From positions 32,899-96,898 of the forward strand of contig JBFWYG010000008.1 in assembly GCA_050186725.1 (NCBI GenBank): a DNA stretch of 64,000 nucleotides, written 5' to 3'. A program made the position numbers and the translations under genes. Source of the DNA: Gammaproteobacteria bacterium (GTDB lineage Bacteria; Pseudomonadota; Gammaproteobacteria; Ga0077536). The notes beneath the pieces were generated by a model. That model made no database searches, was not told the DNA's origin, and saw only the letters and a program-made list of their open reading frames with translations. This document shows, piece after piece, positions 17,483-29,204 of this stretch (the stretch's first letter is position 1; every line of letters starts with the position of its first letter).

Positions 17483-19212
17483 ACTGGCTCACGCGGGTGG
17501 ACTGGCTGACGCGACTGCTGACCCTGTTCCTGGCCTGCGGCTGCCTCGCGGCGCGCGCCCAGGTGGAGCTCGAGGTGCGCCCCGATCCGGCGGTGCTGAA
17601 CCAGTCCATCGAACTGCGCTTCCGGGTGCCGGCCGTGGTCGAGGAAGCGCCGGACTTCAGTCCGCTGGCGGCGCTGTTCGACATCGTCAAGACCAGCAGC
17701 CAGTCGAGCCAGTTCGCGCTGAACGGCCGGGTCGAGCGGTCCACCACCTACGTGCTGGAAGTGATGCCCAAGCGCAGCGGCAAGGTGGTCATTCCCGCGC
17801 TGTCCTTCGGCGGCGCGCGCAGCCCGGCGCGACAGCTCGAGATTCGCGAGGAGCCGCTCGCCGGCGACGCCGGCGGCGCGCCGGACTTCATCGTCGAGGC
17901 GCTGGTATCGACCGCCACGCCCTACGTGCAGCAACAGGTGATCTACACCGTGCGGGCGCTGTTCGCGGTGCAGGTCAGCAGCCCGCGCCTGACGCCGGTC
18001 AGCGCGAGCGGCGACGCGGTCGTGAAACAGCTGGGCGACGGTCGCCAGGTCAGCGAGACCCGCGACGGCCGCAGCTACGAAGGCTTCGAGATGAAGTACG
18101 CAGTGTTCCCGCAGGCGAGCGGCACGCTGCGCCTGGCGCCGGCGGTGGTCACGGCCGAGGTGGTGGTCGGCGGACGGCGCTCGGTGTTCGATCCCTTCGC
18201 GCAGTCCTTGAGCACCCGGCGCATCGAATCCAAGCCGGTGGAACTCGAGGTGCGGCCGGTGCCCGCCGCCTTTCCCGCCGGCGCCACCTGGCTGCCGGCG
18301 CGGCGCCTGCGCCTGCACGAGGAATGGGAGCCGGACCAGAGCAGCGCCGAGGTCGGCGCACCCATCACGCGCACGGTGTTCCTGTGGGTCGACGGCCTCC
18401 TGTCCGGCCAGCTGCCGAAGCTCGCGCTGCGCGCGCCGGCGGACGTCAAGCTCTATCCGGACCAGGCTCAGACCAGCGATCAGGACACCGCCACCGGCTA
18501 TACCGCGGTGCTGCAGCAGAAGTTCGCGGTGATCGCCGCGCAGCCCGGCAAGCCGCGCTTCGATACCCTGGAAGTGCCGTGGTGGAACACCGAGACCGAC
18601 GCGCTCGAAGTCGCGCGGCTGCCGGCGCGTGAACTCGAGGTCATCGCGGCGCCGGGCGCCGCACCGTCGGCGTCACCCCCCCCCATCCCCGCGCCGGCCG
18701 AGCGCGCCGCGACCGACATCCCGGACCGCGCGCCTGCGGCGCCCGCGTCGGCGGCCGCCGCAGACTCCCCGTGGCGCGCCGTGGCCGCGGTGCTGGCGCT
18801 GGTGTGGCTGGCGACCCTGGTGCTGTGGTGGCGCAGCCGCGGCGCGCCGACCACCGTCTCGAGCGCGCGGTCCGGTGACGCCGTGCTCACACCCGCGCCA
18901 CGCGGGTCCGAGGACCTGGCCGGCGCCTGTCGCGCCAACGATGCCCGCGCGGCCTACGCCGCCTTGCTGCGCCTCGCACGCGCGCGCGGCCTCGGCACGG
19001 CGCCGCGCGCGCTGGCCGCGGGCCCTGACACGCCACTCGCGCTCGCCATCGCCGAACTCGAGCGCCAGCGCTACGGCGCCGATCCCGCGCGCTGGTCCGG
19101 CGCGCCGCTGCTCGCCGCCTGGCAGGCCGAAGGCGAGCGCAGCATGCCGCGTGGCCAGGCCGGCGCGCGCGCGGAAGCGCTGCCGCCGCTGCATCGCCTG
19201 GGCGCGGGTTGA
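17476..19212 (+). CDS. batD: BatD-like protein
   Basis: Start MVNWLTRVDWLTRLL overlaps the batB end (ATGGTGA). Signal/TM at the N-terminus and TM near the C-terminus (WRAVAAVLALVWLATLVLWW); position after batB. Confidence 0.55.
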   Translation: MVNWLTRVDWLTRLLTLFLACGCLAARAQVELEVRPDPAVLNQSIELRFRVPAVVEEAPDFSPLAALFDIVKTSSQSSQFALNGRVERSTTYVLEVMPKRSGKVVIPALSFGGARSPARQLEIREEPLAGDAGGAPDFIVEALVSTATPYVQQQVIYTVRALFAVQVSSPRLTPVSASGDAVVKQLGDGRQVSETRDGRSYEGFEMKYAVFPQASGTLRLAPAVVTAEVVVGGRRSVFDPFAQSLSTRRIESKPVELEVRPVPAAFPAGATWLPARRLRLHEEWEPDQSSAEVGAPITRTVFLWVDGLLSGQLPKLALRAPADVKLYPDQAQTSDQDTATGYTAVLQQKFAVIAAQPGKPRFDTLEVPWWNTETDALEVARLPARELEVIAAPGAAPSASPPPIPAPAERAATDIPDRAPAAPASAAAADSPWRAVAAVLALVWLATLVLWWRSRGAPTTVSSARSGDAVLTPAPRGSEDLAGACRANDARAAYAALLRLARARGLGTAPRALAAGPDTPLALAIAELERQRYGADPARWSGAPLLAAWQAEGERSMPRGQAGARAEALPPLHRLGAG

Positions 19213-19409
19213 GCGCGGCACAAACGTTCACAATCGTGAGCGTGTCGCACTTCGCAATTCATCCACCGAGTGAGTGAGTCGCGCCAACGCGCCGTCCTCG
19301 GCGCGGCACACAGGCGCTAGACTCGGCGCCAACCGCGAACCACGCCCCGCCCCGCGTCGAACGCCCCAGACCGCCCGGCACAGCGGACCGCGTGAGGAGT
19401 ACCCGCAGC

Positions 19410-21545
19410 ATGAGCGCCGCCGCGGCCGTCCTGGCCGTCGATGACAACGCCACCATCCGCAAGGCCATCTCCATGCGCCTTGGCGCGAAGGGTTTCGACG
19501 TCGTGACCGCCGCGGACGGGCCTAGCGCGCTCGCATTGATCGAGCGCCGTGCCTTCGATCTCGTGATCCTCGACCTGCAGATGCCGGAGATGCGCGGCGA
19601 GGAAGTACTGCGCCGCCTGCGCCAGCGCTACACCGCGACCCAGCTGCCGGTGATCGTGCTCGCAGCCAGCAGCGACAAGGGCGACATCCAGCGCACGCTG
19701 GCGCTCGGCGCCAATGACTACATCGTCAAGCCCGGCGACTTTCCCATCCTGCTGACCCGCATCAACACCCAGCTCACGCTGCGCGCGACCGTCTCGCGCC
19801 TGCGGACCCAGAGCGCGCTCTTGCGCGAGACGCTGGCGCTGGTGCCGAGCGGCGGCATGCTGCCGGGGGCCAAGGCCGGCCCCACCCAGCGCATTCCCTT
19901 CGACGTGCTGCACGACCACACCCCCATGACCTGCTTCGCGCTGTCGGCCGACGGTCACGTGCTGCACACCAACCACTTCGGCGCGCGCTACCTCGGCTAC
20001 GACGCGCGCGCCCTGCTCGGCCGCTCGATGCTCGACCTCTACGTGCCGGAGGATCGCGCACTGGCCCAGGAGAATCTCGCCGCGGCGCGCGACCTGCCGG
20101 GCCGCATCCACCGCTGGGACATTCGCCAGGTGAAGAAGAACGGCGAGGTGATCTGGATGCGCAACACCGCGCGCGCGGTGCGCGACGGCGGCCTGGACCT
20201 GGTGCTCCTGACCTGCGAGGACATCGACGACGCCTACCGCCTGAGCGAGTTGCTGTCCTTCCAGTCCCACCACGACGAACTGACCGGGCTCGCCAACCGC
20301 AAGAGCCTCGAGGCGCGCCTCGCGCAGGTCATCGAGTCCGCCCAGGTCGAGCACACGGTGCACGCGCTGGCGGTGTTCGACCTCGACCAGTTCAAGCTGG
20401 TGAACGACGCCGGCGGCTCGCAGGCGGGCGACGAGCTGCTGCGCCAGATCGGGCGCGTATTGAAGGACGTGGCGCGTCGGCGCGACACGGTCGCGCGCAT
20501 CGGCAGCGACGAGTTCGCCGTGCTGCTCGAGGACTGCCCGCTGCCGAACGCGCAACGCGCGGTGGAGGCGCTGCGCCGCGCGGTCGAACAGCACGTGTTC
20601 CACTGGCGCGGGCGCGACCACGCCATCACCGTCAGCGTCGGCATCGTGGCGGTGACCGAGACCAGCGACACGCCCGGCAGCCTGCTCAGCATGGCCGACA
20701 CTGCCTGCTACGCGGCCAAGGACTCGGGGCGCAACTGCGTCCACACCTGGGAGACCGACAGCCTGCCGGTGCAGCTCCGGCGCGGCGAGATGCGCTGGGC
20801 GAGCAGCATCATCCAGGCGCTGAACGACCAGCGCTTCGAACTCGACTGCCAGCCGATCTCCGCGCTGCGCGCCGGGCCCGACGGCCCGCACTACGAGGTC
20901 CTGCTGCGCATGCGCGACGAGCTCGGCGCGCGCATCAAGCCGGGCGAGTTCCTGCCCGCCGCCGAGCGTTACAACCTCGCGGCACGCATCGATCGCTGGG
21001 TGGTGGAACAGGTCTTCGAGTGGATTGCCGCGCGCCCCGGCGTGCTGGCGCGGATTGGCCAGCTGTCGATCAACCTCTCGGGCCGCTCGCTCGGCCAGAG
21101 CGAAATGCTCGGCTGCATTCTCGAGGCGCTGCGCGGCACCCACGTGCCGGCGCACAAGATCTGCTTCGAGATCACCGAGACCGCCGCGGTGGCGGATCTC
21201 GCCGGCGCCAACCAGTTCATCCGTCGCCTGAAGGAACACGGCTGCCGCTTCGCGCTCGACGACTTCGGCAACGGCTTCTCGTCGCTGGTCTATCTCAAGC
21301 AGCTGCCGGTGGACTATCTCAAGATCGACGGCGCCTTCGTGCGCGACATGGCGACCGACTCCATCGACTTCGCCATGGTGCGCTCCATCAATGACATCGG
21401 CCACCTGCTCGGCAAGCACACCGTGGCCGAGTTCGTCGAGAGCGAGACCACCATCGCGCTGCTGCGCGATCTCGGCGTGGACTACGTGCAGGGCTACGCG
21501 GTCGGGCTGCCGCGGCCGATGGTCGAGGTGCTCGGCGAGGCCTGA
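19410..21545 (+). CDS. Response-regulator receiver (REC)-PAS-GGDEF-EAL c-di-GMP turnover protein
   Basis: REC (VLAVDDNATIRKAI...DLVILDLQMPEM), PAS, GGDEF domain with degenerate A-site RIGSDEF, EAL domain with EVLLR, QLSINLSGRSL, DDFGNGFSS, KIDGAFVRDM. RBS GAGGAG just upstream of ATG 19410. Confidence 0.85.
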   Translation: MSAAAAVLAVDDNATIRKAISMRLGAKGFDVVTAADGPSALALIERRAFDLVILDLQMPEMRGEEVLRRLRQRYTATQLPVIVLAASSDKGDIQRTLALGANDYIVKPGDFPILLTRINTQLTLRATVSRLRTQSALLRETLALVPSGGMLPGAKAGPTQRIPFDVLHDHTPMTCFALSADGHVLHTNHFGARYLGYDARALLGRSMLDLYVPEDRALAQENLAAARDLPGRIHRWDIRQVKKNGEVIWMRNTARAVRDGGLDLVLLTCEDIDDAYRLSELLSFQSHHDELTGLANRKSLEARLAQVIESAQVEHTVHALAVFDLDQFKLVNDAGGSQAGDELLRQIGRVLKDVARRRDTVARIGSDEFAVLLEDCPLPNAQRAVEALRRAVEQHVFHWRGRDHAITVSVGIVAVTETSDTPGSLLSMADTACYAAKDSGRNCVHTWETDSLPVQLRRGEMRWASSIIQALNDQRFELDCQPISALRAGPDGPHYEVLLRMRDELGARIKPGEFLPAAERYNLAARIDRWVVEQVFEWIAARPGVLARIGQLSINLSGRSLGQSEMLGCILEALRGTHVPAHKICFEITETAAVADLAGANQFIRRLKEHGCRFALDDFGNGFSSLVYLKQLPVDYLKIDGAFVRDMATDSIDFAMVRSINDIGHLLGKHTVAEFVESETTIALLRDLGVDYVQGYAVGLPRPMVEVLGEA

Positions 21546-22138
21546 GGCTCGCGGGACTCGAGCGCGCGCAGATCGTCCGGCGTGTCGACGTCGGTCAGCA
21601 CACCCGCATCCCCGCATTCCCACGGCACGACCTCGGTGGCATGGGCGAGGAGCAGCGGCCGCGCGCCCTGGTCGCCCTCCAGCGTGCGCAGTTCGGCGCC
21701 AAAGCGCGCGGGAAAGATCACCGGGTGACCACGCCGCCCGTCGCAGGCCGGCACGACGATGGCGTCCGTCGCGCGCCAGCGCGCCGCGAGCCCGGCCAGG
21801 GTCGCGGTGGCGACGCGCGGCATGTCGGCCAGCGCGATCATCCAGGCCGCCGCGTCGGGGCTCGCGGCGACGCCGGCCGCGAGACTGTGCGCCATGCCGC
21901 GCGCGGCGTCCGGGCTCGCGATCACGTCGAAGCCCGCGTCGCGGAACATGGCCGTGGTCATGACGTCCTCGGCGCGCGTCACCACCACCAGGCGCTCGAC
22001 CGCGCCCGCCACGCGGCGGGCGCTGACCAGGCCGAGGGGTTCGGCATTCGCCAGCGGCGCGCGCAGCTTGCCGCCACCGAAGCGTCGCGCCGCGCCGCCC
22101 GCCAGCAGCACGCCGACCAGGCGGCCCGCGTCGCTCAC
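21494..22138 (-). CDS. MobA/MocA-like molybdenum-cofactor nucleotidyltransferase
   Basis: LVGVLLAGGAARRFGGGKL matches the MobA-family N-terminal NTP-binding motif. GTG start overlaps the xdhC stop (GTGA). The 3' end overlaps the convergent GGDEF-EAL gene by ~50 nt. Confidence 0.55.
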   Translation of the reverse strand: MSDAGRLVGVLLAGGAARRFGGGKLRAPLANAEPLGLVSARRVAGAVERLVVVTRAEDVMTTAMFRDAGFDVIASPDAARGMAHSLAAGVAASPDAAAWMIALADMPRVATATLAGLAARWRATDAIVVPACDGRRGHPVIFPARFGAELRTLEGDQGARPLLLAHATEVVPWECGDAGVLTDVDTPDDLRALESREPQASPSTSTIGRGSPTA

Positions 22139-23088
22139 CGGGCCTCGCGCGTGGTGTCGATGGTGACGCCGTTGCGTACCGCGGTGATGTCGGTCACCAC
22201 CGCGAGCGCGATCTCGGCGGGCTTGCGCGTGCGCAGATCGATGCCGATGGGCCCGCGGATGCGCGCGACCTCGGTCCCGCTCATGTCGAAGTGTTCGACC
22301 AGGCGCGCGGCGCGCTTGGCGGTGGTGCCGCGCGAGCCCAGCGCGCCGATGTAGAAGGCTTGTGTGCGCAAGGCCTCCATCATCGCGAGGTCGTCGACCT
22401 TGGGATCGTGGGTCAGCGCGACGATGGCCGTGTGCGCATCGCAGCCGCGCGCGGCGATGAAGTCGTCGGGGAATTCGGCCGAGGCCGGCCACTCCTCGTG
22501 TACCCAGCCCTCGCGGTACTCGGGTCGCGGGTCGCATACCGCGAGTTCGTAGTCGAGCAGGGTCGCGAAACGACACACCCAGCTGGCCAGTTCACCGGTG
22601 CCCACCACCACCAGGCGCCAGGCTGGTTCGTAGACCACGGAGAGGCGCGTGTCGTCGAGCGCGGTGCGGGCCTCGGGCCCGGCGAGCGACCAGGCCACCG
22701 TACCGGTCGCGAGGTCGAGACGCCGTTCGACGGCCTGGCCCGCCGCCAGCGCGGCGAGCATGCCGTCCAGGTCTGGCACCTCGGCGAGAGGTTCGAGCGT
22801 CAGCAGCAACCGGCCACCGCAGGGCAAGGTGCGCGAGGTGTCGGAGCGGTACTCGACGGTCTCGAAGCGCGTCGGAAAGCTGTCGCGGATGCGGGCCAGG
22901 AGTTCGCTCTCGATGCAGCCGCCCGACACCGAACCGGCGAAGCGCCCGCCCTCGCCGAGCACCATCAGCGCGCCGGGCTGACGCGGCGACGAGCCCCAGG
23001 TGTGGGCGACGGTGGCCAGCACCACCCGTTCGCCAGCCGCCAGCCAGTCACGCCCACGGGTGAGGATCTCGACTTCGCTGCGGCTCAT
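22135..23088 (-). CDS. XdhC/CoxI-family molybdoenzyme maturation protein
   Basis: 317 aa; N-terminal XdhC_CoxI domain (LATVAHTWGSSPRQPGALMVL) and C-terminal Rossmann-like domain (LVVVGTGELASWVCRFATLL). Confidence 0.75.
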   Translation of the reverse strand: MSRSEVEILTRGRDWLAAGERVVLATVAHTWGSSPRQPGALMVLGEGGRFAGSVSGGCIESELLARIRDSFPTRFETVEYRSDTSRTLPCGGRLLLTLEPLAEVPDLDGMLAALAAGQAVERRLDLATGTVAWSLAGPEARTALDDTRLSVVYEPAWRLVVVGTGELASWVCRFATLLDYELAVCDPRPEYREGWVHEEWPASAEFPDDFIAARGCDAHTAIVALTHDPKVDDLAMMEALRTQAFYIGALGSRGTTAKRAARLVEHFDMSGTEVARIRGPIGIDLRTRKPAEIALAVVTDITAVRNGVTIDTTREAR

Positions 23089-23116
23089 GGTGATGACTCG
23101 TTGTCGGGGGGATTTA

Positions 23117-23348
23117 TTGTAGGGCGGGTTTCAACCCGCCAGGCATTGCCTCACCGAACGCCGCGCGTGGCCGATTGAAATCGGCCCTACATCGAAGCCC
23201 TGTGTAGGGCGGGCTTCAACCCGCCAGGCATTGCCTCGTCAAACGCCGTGCATGGCCGATTGAAATCGGCCCTACATCGAAGCCGCGCGTGGCCGATTGA
23301 AATCGGCCCTACATCGGAGCCCTGTGTAGGGCGGGTTTCAACCCGCCA
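23117..23348. repeat. Cluster of five REP-like hairpins (alternating GTAGGGCGGGTTTCAACCCGCC and GGCCGATTGAAATCGGCCCTACA)
   Basis: Seen directly. The largest copy cluster of the element family in the window. Confidence 0.8.
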
Positions 23349-23358
23349 GGCACGGGCC

Positions 23359-23973
23359 TCATTTCCCTGCCGCCCCCGCGCCGTGCTTCTGCTTGTAGTT
23401 CGCGATGCGGCCCTCGAGGTCGGTCAAGAGACCATCCATGCCGCCGGCCTTGACGATGGCGCTGAAGGTGTCGCGGTAATTGTTGACCAGGCTGTCGCCG
23501 TCGATCACCACGTCGTAGGCCATCCACTGACCGTCGTTGTTCTTCAGGCGGTAGGTGATGGGCACGCGGCGCTCCGGCGTGACCACCAGGGTGTCGACCG
23601 TGGCGCGATCGTTGCGCACCTGCTCACCGAGGTATTCCACCCGGCTCGAGGCGATGGACTCGATGCGATTGCGGTAGGTGTCTTCGAGGTACTGGGAGAA
23701 ATACTCGACGAACTGGCGCTTTTCCTCGGTGCTCGCCTCCTTCCAGCTGGTCGCGAGCACGCTCTGCGACATGCTGCGGAAGTCGAAGCGCTCGTTGATG
23801 ATTGCGCCGATGTCGCTCCAGCGCTGCGACTGGCTGAGATCCGGCTGGCGCAGCACGCCGAACACGCGGTCCACCGCAACGTGGACGGTCTCGGTCGGCG
23901 TCGGCGCGGCGGCGCCGGCCCCGCCACTCACGAGCAGCAGGCAGAGGGTCCAGGTGCGGATCAGGGGCGTCAT
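23359..23973 (-). CDS. MlaC/Ttg2D-family periplasmic phospholipid-binding protein
   Basis: Signal peptide; WMAYDVVIDGDSLVNNYRDTFSAIV matches the conserved MlaC C-terminal motif (WKIYDV.IEGVSLV..YRSQF). Confidence 0.7.
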   Translation of the reverse strand: MTPLIRTWTLCLLLVSGGAGAAAPTPTETVHVAVDRVFGVLRQPDLSQSQRWSDIGAIINERFDFRSMSQSVLATSWKEASTEEKRQFVEYFSQYLEDTYRNRIESIASSRVEYLGEQVRNDRATVDTLVVTPERRVPITYRLKNNDGQWMAYDVVIDGDSLVNNYRDTFSAIVKAGGMDGLLTDLEGRIANYKQKHGAGAAGK

Positions 23974-23996
23974 GGTTCCAGTCTCTCGTTCCGTTG

Positions 23997-27185
<3,189 letters not shown>

Positions 27186-27383
27186 TAACCGTGCCGGGCG
27201 TAGGTGGTTGAAGGGGTCGGGCAAAGAGCCAGGGAGTATAGCCGATGGCGTGCTGGCGGCCCTCACCGGGCGCTCGCCACGGGGCCTGCGGACGCCCCTG
27301 CCTGTGTAATTTTTTTGCATGCGCGCGGGCGGTCGACGTGGAACAATGAGGCACGCCCTTGGCCAGCACGGGATGGAGGCAGC

Positions 27384-28616
27384 GTGAGCGGAGATCAGGT
27401 TCTCGAATTCCTGCAGTTCGTCGAAGGCCAGAAGAACCAGTCCGCCAGCCAACTGCTCGACCGCATACTGCAGAAGAGCCGGCTTCTGACTGGCGCCGAG
27501 GCCGGCACCATCTTCATCGCCCGCGCCAAGGGGCGCGAGCGCTGGCTCGAGCCGGCGAGCATCCAGAACGACGCCGTCAAGGTCAAACGCGCCGACTTCA
27601 TCGTACCCATCGGGCCTGGCAGCATCGCCGGCTACGTGGCGCACAAGGGGCGCACGGTGCGCATCGACGACGTCTACGACATCCCCGCGCGCAGCCCCTA
27701 CAAGTTCGACGCGCGCTTCGAGCGGCGCAACTACAAGACCCACTCCATGCTGTGCTTTCCGCTGCGCAACCTGCAGAGCGACGTGATCGGCGTGGTGCAG
27801 CTGATCAACCGCCGCGGCGGCAAGAGTCGCAAGCTGCTGCCCTTCACCCGGGACGCCGAGCAGCTCATCGCGCCCATCGCGCGGGTCGTCGGCCACTCCA
27901 TCGAGCGCGCGGAGATGCTCGACCAGATCCGCGCCAAGAACAAGACGCTCAGCACCCGCAACCGCCAGCTCGCCGAGCAGCGCTCGCGCATCGCGGCCCT
28001 GCAGGAGGAGACCGAGGCGGCCTTCAAGGTGTCGGTCACCCTGCTCGCCCGCGCCGCCGAGATCCACGACGAGGAGACCGGCAACCACATCATCCGCGTC
28101 AACGAATACAGCTACGCCATCGCCAAGCGCTTGGGCATGCCCGACAGCTGGTGCGATGACATCCGCTACAGCGCCCAGCTGCACGACGTCGGCAAGATGA
28201 GCGTGGACTCCGCGGTGCTGAAGAAGAAGGGCCCGCTGACCCCTGACGAACGCCAGGAGATGAACCGCCACACGGAGTACGGCTTCCAGATCCTGTCGGC
28301 CTCGCCGCGCCTGTCACTCGGCGCCGAGATCGCGCTCTACCACCACGAGAAGTGGGACGGCACGGGCTATCCCCAGGGCGTCCAGGGCGAAGCCATCCCG
28401 CTCTCGGCGCGCATCGTGCAGCTCGCCGACATCTACGACGCGCTGCGCTCCGAGCGGCCCTACAAGAAGGGCTTTCCCCATGAACAGGCGGTGCAGATCC
28501 TCACCATCGGCGACGAGCGCATCGACCCGCGCGGGCATTTCGATCCGAAGCTCATCGAGCTGTTCGCCACCCATCACCTGGAATTCGATCGGATCTGGAC
28601 GTCGTTGCAGGATTGA
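27384..28616 (+). CDS. GAF-HD-GYP c-di-GMP phosphodiesterase
   Basis: N-terminal GAF-like domain; C-terminal HD-GYP with HDVGK and HHEKWDGTGYP. Probable GTG start at 27384, 4 nt after GGAGG. The upstream part of the track ORF is not conserved-looking. Confidence 0.8.
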   Translation: MSGDQVLEFLQFVEGQKNQSASQLLDRILQKSRLLTGAEAGTIFIARAKGRERWLEPASIQNDAVKVKRADFIVPIGPGSIAGYVAHKGRTVRIDDVYDIPARSPYKFDARFERRNYKTHSMLCFPLRNLQSDVIGVVQLINRRGGKSRKLLPFTRDAEQLIAPIARVVGHSIERAEMLDQIRAKNKTLSTRNRQLAEQRSRIAALQEETEAAFKVSVTLLARAAEIHDEETGNHIIRVNEYSYAIAKRLGMPDSWCDDIRYSAQLHDVGKMSVDSAVLKKKGPLTPDERQEMNRHTEYGFQILSASPRLSLGAEIALYHHEKWDGTGYPQGVQGEAIPLSARIVQLADIYDALRSERPYKKGFPHEQAVQILTIGDERIDPRGHFDPKLIELFATHHLEFDRIWTSLQD

Positions 28617-28628
28617 GGCGCGGAGCGC

Positions 28629-28725
28629 TCTGGCACGAATGGCGGGTTGAAACCCGCCCTACATGGGATGGCGCGTTGAAACCCGTCGTCCGGGGAGTGG
28701 AGGCATCCTTGTAGGGCCGATTTCA
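28629..28725. repeat. REP-like element copy
   Basis: GGCGGGTTGAAACCCGCCCTACA ... TGTAGGGCCGATTTCAATCGGCC. Confidence 0.75.
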
Positions 28726-28748
28726 ATCGGCCATGCAAGGCGCCCGAC

Positions 28749-29204
28749 CTACCCCGCCTCCACCATCGCCTGCACCGCGTGCTGGCGGATCTGCTGGACC
28801 ATGGCGTGCAGGCCGTTGCTGCGGGTCGGCGAGAGGTGCTCGGCGAGCTCGATGTCCTTCAGGAAGTCCGGCGGCGTGGCGAGAATGTCGGCCGGGCGCC
28901 GGTCCGAGTAGACCGACAGCAGCAGCTGGATCAGGCCCGCGACGATGGCGGAATCGCTGGTCGCCTCGTAGTGCAGCAGGTCGCCGCGCTTCTCGGTCAC
29001 GATCCACACCTGGGACTGGCAGCCGTGCAGCTTGTACTTGTCGGTCTTCCACTCCTCGGGAAACGGCGGCGCCTGGCGACCGAGGTCGATGATGTACTGG
29101 TAGCGCTCGGTCCAGTCGCCGAACAACTGGAAGGTCTCGACGATGTCGCGCTGCGTGGCGAGGATGTCCTCCGCCGGCTCGAGCTTGCCCGGTGCGTCAC
29201 TCAT
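28749..29204 (-). CDS. SufE-family sulfur-acceptor protein
   Basis: 151 aa; conserved SufE core ([12 protein letters not shown] with the active Cys). ATG 29204..29202 overlaps the cysS stop 29203..29201 (ATGA). Confidence 0.75.
   Translation of the reverse strand: MSDAPGKLEPAEDILATQRDIVETFQLFGDWTERYQYIIDLGRQAPPFPEEWKTDKYKLHGCQSQVWIVTEKRGDLLHYEATSDSAIVAGLIQLLLSVYSDRRPADILATPPDFLKDIELAEHLSPTRSNGLHAMVQQIRQHAVQAMVEAG

Noticed and set aside
19317-21623. 768-aa minus ORF antisense to the GGDEF-EAL gene, and similar long antisense ORFs (23994-27188, 38528-41371, 41818-44058, 46108-47772, 50848-52743, 55073-57052)
   Set aside because: Their composition is Arg/Ala/Gly/His-rich, as expected for antisense reading of GC3-biased genes. 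They have no motifs, and each overlaps a well-supported gene on the other strand.
27186-27383. Possible T-box or attenuator in the ileS leader
   Set aside because: The hairpin + T7 is on the + strand, opposite to ileS. No T-box specifier or antiterminator sequences were recognised. ileS T-boxes are not expected in Gram-negatives.
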